From: Lepidodermella squamata
Taxonomy: Eukaryota > Animalia > Gastrotricha
Reading direction: 5' to 3'
NCBI GenBank assembly: GCA_047495785.1
Contig: JBLDXI010000003.1
Span: 2,914,001 to 2,978,000 of the forward strand
DNA: 64,000 nt
This document shows positions 58,947-64,000 of this stretch, piece after piece. The first letter of the stretch is position 1. Every line of letters begins with the position of its first letter. The position numbers and the translations under genes are program-made. The notes under the pieces are model-generated. The model saw nothing but the letters and a program-made list of their open reading frames with translations. It had not been told where the DNA came from and made no database searches.

Positions 58947-60996
58947 ATGTTACTGATGCCGAAAAATAGTTTGACGATGAACCGGTTGTTTATCAACACA
59001 TACGCCTTCACTTATTCGTCGTCTTTGGTAAGTCTCCAATTTTTTTTCTAAAATAAGCTAATTGGCACAAAATTTGAGACTTCGCTTCGACACCTTTCTA
59101 AGAACAAAAAATTAGGGACATTTAGGAGAAAGCCTTAAGGAGAAAGCCTTAACGGAAAATGGTGATAATGAATTTGAATTCCAGGGTGAATTGACAAACT
59201 ATTGTTATGGAATTAGGTCATTCCTTCAAAAATGACCTAATTTCTTCGAAAATGATCCAAAATAGCCAATATATTTTTCGTTTTTCTATTACTACCTCAT
59301 ATATTGTAAGGACTCTAAGAAAACTCAAATAAAATTGTATTTTTCAGATTTTTGTAAATTTAGCGCTAAAGTAACCTCTCAAGGTTAAGGCTTCACGCGA
59401 AATTGGGTGCTGGAACCTCAATTTTGATGAAGCATAAAAAACCGTTTAAAAAGTTGAAATAATTCTATGATGGGCTATTTTTTCAATATAAATTTGTTTG
59501 ATAGAAGGAATGTAAAAATCCTATATTTTCATCCGCTACGGTTAAAAAGATATTCCCATTTTTTTAGTCACGTGACCTTAACTGAAGTCACACCTGATTG
59601 ATTACCTCATGAACCGTGATAGCTAGGAAGCCGCTCTCAAAGAGAACTTTCATCAACGGGATGAGAAATACCAGGATAAACATTTAGATTGGCTCACAAA
59701 CACTCGTTCCCTACGATTTACACACCTGGAAGTTGTAGTCACCCTACAGAACTATTTCATACGGAGATAGTGAAAAAGCTGCCATCGAACTTGAATTTTA
59801 TAATTTTTTGTTGCAAAAGGCCATCTCAGTTGCGATGTTGCTGCTGGCCGGTGTTACCCTCATTGGCGTTCGAACCGGTGTTAAAATGATCGACACGCCG
59901 TACACGGCTGATATTCACGTGATGGCCGGGCTTTACCACGCAACAGCTAGCCGTAGTGAAATCTCAATAAAACTGCTCATCGTCTACCTGGCTTACGTCT
60001 TCGAAGCCGGAATCATCGCCAGCCTCTCGCTTATCGGCTTCTCTCGACTGTTCTGCTGCAGAAAAAACGCAAATAAAAACCCAATCCGGTACCACAACTC
60101 GGTCTACCTCGCTCTTGTGATAATAGGCGTCATGACCCACGTCGCTGTCCTTACCTGGTCTAAGACTGAAACTTACCAGCTCCAATCCGGCCGGCTGGAA
60201 CAATCGTTGATACAGCTTCAAAATCGCATTGAAACTACCCCGGACGGTCGTAATCTCAATTTTGAAGGTCAATTATTCCACGAAATTCAGCGCCAATTCG
60301 ACTGCTGCGGTGTTATTCTGCCATACGAATGGCAGGACGAAGTCACGTGGTTTAGGGTCAAATATGCCAATGTAACGAAAGGAAACCCGATTTTCCCTTG
60401 CATATCGTCCGAACAGCGCGAGGGCTGGCCTACGCGCAATTTATTTTCGGCACCTTGTCGCGATGAGGCGCCGACTGCTGATTGCACCCTTGAGGCGCCC
60501 AGGTCACTGAATGGGTGCGCCGATATGACCCAACAGCGCGGCATCGATTACCTATGCCGTCTATCCCGACTATGCGTCTTTTGCATTGCCCTACAGGTAA
60601 TTTGTCGAAAAATATTTAAAAAATCAAATTGAAAAAAAATTAAATTTTAAATTTCAACATTTTAAATTTAAGTTTTTTTTGTAATTTTTTTAAATTCAAC
60701 CAATTTAATTTTGTTATAAAATTTCTTTAATTTCAAATAATTAATTTAATAATTAATTTAATTTATTTATTTTCAAATTTTAGACTTTCGAATTTATTTG
60801 GCTGATGTGCCTCTGCCGCGCTTACAACATTTCGCTGCTGATGGGATCTATGCAGGTGATTTGTATCGAGGAAGAGGCGGATGATATCAATGCCGGTAAC
60901 AATAAGGCAGCAGAAATGCGCGACGCTTCCAGCATGACAACGTCTCTGAACGAAACTACGAGCGACAAAGCGGCCATTGTTCATTTTGCTGCATAG
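58947..60996 (+). CDS. Divergent tetraspanin-like protein 2 (exons 58947-59027, 59820-60596, 60784-60996)
   Basis: Paralog of the previous gene (YAFTYSS, P(F/Y)TADI, RYHNS, THVAV.xWS, IQRQFDCCG, DCTL..P..L.GC). Confidence 0.8.
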
Positions 60997-61511
60997 AAAC
61001 AAATGAGTGTTAACTTCGCAAAACCATAAATTTAACTATTTTTTTAGTATTTTTCTGATATATATTCCGCGATGAATAAAGATTATGAGTTCACGCAAGG
61101 AAGATTTTTAGATTTTTGAATGTTTGAAAAAATATATTTATGATAGGATAAAATAAGAAAATTAAATCAACTTGAATTAGTTGTAGAAAATGTAAAATGT
61201 GTAAAGTATATTTCGCATATTTTTCGCCAGAAATAATCGATATGGAATATTATTAAACTTATAGTTTCTATCGATTTTTCGACAAAATTTTCCGATGGAA
61301 TTCGACTGCGATTCGGTCTCTTTCAGCTCTAATTATTTCGATCGTTTATTCGCCAAAAATTGAGAAATTTAAGGATAAAAATGCTGCGTATCAGGGATAA
61401 TTATTTCTTAATTGGCAAAAATCTGGTATAAAACTGACCCGAAGTTATCGAGAAAAATATCAGTAATCATCCTTATTCTATTTTTCCATTGCATCATCAA
61501 ACTCTGCGAAA

Positions 61512-62308
61512 ATGCGCGCTTGTCTCGCTATCGCCGCTCTCGCCCTCATTTGCATCGGTAAGAAATTGGGTCAAGTAATGACCCAATGACCCAATGAGTA
61601 ATGAAAAAAGGTCAACCTTTTTATTCCCCATCAGCGTATGCCGATGCGACGGTTAACAAGTTCGAGTCGAAGGAGCTGAACCGCCGCTACTCGAAGAAGA
61701 CCAGCCTCTCGGTTAGCCGATCGTACGAAAACAACGCAGGTTTCGCCAAGAAGGGTGGCTACGCCCCGAAGAAGCGCCACGGTGGCAAGAAGTTCGGCCG
61801 CAAGATGAACAAGCGCCGCGGATCCTTCTCCAAGTCGGTGTCCAAGTCTGTTTCCTACTCGCGGTCCGTCTCGTTCTCCGGCAACCGCAAGAACAAGCGA
61901 TTCGGTGGTCGCAAGTTCGGCAAGCACGGCAAGAACAAGTCGGTCTCCAAGTCTGTCTCCTTCTCCAGGTCCGCCTCGTTCTCGGGTGCTCGTCATGGCA
62001 AGCGCAACAACCGATTCGGTGCTCGCCGTTACGGCAAGAACCACGGCAAGAAGGGCGGCAAGTGGGGCCACAACTTCGGCAACAACTACGGCCACAATTT
62101 CCGCAACAAATGGGGCCACAAGTTCGGAAACAAGTACGGTCACAACTTCGGAAACGAATACGGGCACAATTTTGGAAATCAGTACGGCCACAATTTCGGA
62201 AACAAGTATGGCCATAATTTCGGCAACAAGTGGGGCCACAATTTCGGCGGTCACAAGGCCAACAAGGGCTCGTACTCCGTCAGCAAGTCGGTCAGCGTCT
62301 CCAACTAA
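61512..62308 (+). CDS. Family A' copy 2 (239 aa; exons 61512-61557, 61635-62308)
   Basis: Signal exon MRACLAIAALALICI; 8 GH-started octapeptide repeats; paralog of 17338-18131. Confidence 0.88.
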
Positions 62309-62670
62309 ACACCAATTTACATGGTCAAATGAACTTTTTTTGATAAGCTATATAATTTCCGAGATTGCCTTGGGAATAAAAGATATTTAATTTCCTGATG
62401 AATCATCTGCTTTTGTGCTTCTCTCGCTCACCCGAAATGATAGTTAGAATAATAGGATTTAATCTCTAATGGAACATGAAAGCTTTTGAAAAAGTGCGAT
62501 TACAACAACTTTTACAGTGACTGAAATTACGTAGCATAGGTACCGTTACAGCGGAGTTGAGAATTCATAAAAAATATGATTAGGTATAGCATTGAAAAAG
62601 CTGGGGCACCACATCTTCACTCCTCGTTCTAACAACCTCAGATTAATTTGCGATTTGCGACAGATATATA

Positions 62671-63414
62671 TGGCGTAGGGGAATGCGCGCAACAGATGAA
62701 AGCGCGGTGCGCTAGAGGAACGCGCGTTCCGCTAGGAATCGCTTATATTCCGAAATGCGCGCTTTCCGCGGTATACTCAAACGCTACTCAAATAAGAATG
62801 CAAATGAAGTAGCAAATGCCTTCCGCTAGATGAATGCGCAACACTAAACATTTTTTTACATTTACGCGAATGAAATCAAAATTGATCAATCAAAAAACTG
62901 CCAATCAAGAGTTGGTGACATTTTTGAACTCCGGAGCTAACGGTTGTTGCATTCAATACCCAGGAAGCATTTTTTAGCCCTCCTTTCTACAGTAACACGG
63001 CCCCTTTCCACAACTCTTGGTACATTTACACAGCGTTTTTCGCGCCAGTCGAGGCTTCTTCCCGGCATATTTGCTTTCGGCATCCTTCTTGGGTCGTTTC
63101 TTGTCGACGCCGGATTGATGCTGAAACGCCGCGGTGACGGCGACCGACTTACCAAGCGGCACCCGAAAGTTCTAAAAATTTTAGGCCATCCTCTAAAATC
63201 GCGCGATTTGCGCTATAGCACACGTTTCCCACGCGTGTTCCGCTAAAATCGCGCGTGTTCCTCTAAATCGCGTGATCACCTACGAGCATTTTCAGATGAA
63301 CACGCTGTTCACCTAGGTGAAAGCGCGTTCACCTAAAAATTGCGAAAAACGCGTGTTCCGCTAGCTATTCCAGCGCAACGCGCTTTCATCTGTTGCGCGC
63401 ATTCCCCTACGACA
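62671..63414. mobile_element. Non-autonomous DNA transposon with decayed CXC-like Cys cluster
   Basis: ~45-bp TIR TG(G/T)CGTAGGGGAATGCGCGCAACAGATGAAAGCGCG; minus-strand remnant CKCTKSCGKGPCYCRKEG. Confidence 0.65.
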
Positions 63415-64000
63415 TAAACAACACTTATCATGGGGTTCGAATCAGATTTCATAACCTATAGTCTGGATCAGATATTGGTGGCTGCTTCATACCTGGAACG
63501 GCCGAGAGAGCTCGATCACAATTATTTCGATTTTTAACACAACGCAATTAGGCTCTCCCCATCCCAGCAACTGAAGGTCACATTGGCGTTTGCCATGATT
63601 TCAACATTTCCAACTCACTTGTTTTTTTGAGGGGTCAAGTTATTTATTCAACCTCCTACTTCCCCCTTCCCGCTTCCTGCCTTCCCTCCTTCCTCGTCAC
63701 GTTTTAAGAGACGGATATTCGAAGCTTAGAATAGCGCTTATTACCTTCACCTATGAATCACCGGCAGTATAGCCTCGCCGATTTGTAAAAACGCATTCTT
63801 ATAATATGCCATTCATGAGAATGTAAAAGACACGCAAAGAAGGTGGTAAATGTCTCTTTCATCGCATTTTTTTACTTCAATGTTACGCTTCATTTTTGTC
63901 TAATATAGTCTGGAGGGAATGCGGTCGATTTTCTGCTCTATTATATCACAATATCCACTACGCTACATACTTGATAGAACGCAGTAGAGACTAATCGATT

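Overview
Eukaryotic (invertebrate animal) genomic DNA with short (~50-60 nt) GT-AG introns and TTTCAG-type acceptors. The signals look nematode-like, but the taxon cannot be fixed from this window. The window is dominated by a cluster of 16 spliced genes in six families (A x7, A' x2, B x2, C, D x3, E). All encode secreted, strongly cationic, low-complexity proteins, and all have a 46-49 nt signal-peptide exon followed by a phase-1 intron. Most share TATA/ATCATCAG promoters. Several carry alternating-serine (SX)n/(SX)nE blocks, ASASVNKxSASA blocks or GHNFGNxY repeats, i.e. a silk/underwater-glue-like block design (inference). Three intronless anti-lipopolysaccharide-factor (ALF)-like genes are interleaved with them. 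Also present: a NEK-like kinase-ankyrin gene with an in-frame TGA at the domain junction, a Cys-rich/EGF/C-type lectin gene, two divergent tetraspanins, an intact chromodomain Ty3/gypsy element with apparently identical LTRs and a Tf1-type self-priming site, and many non-autonomous DNA transposons/MITEs, some nested. Gene models were spliced by eye and no database searches were run.
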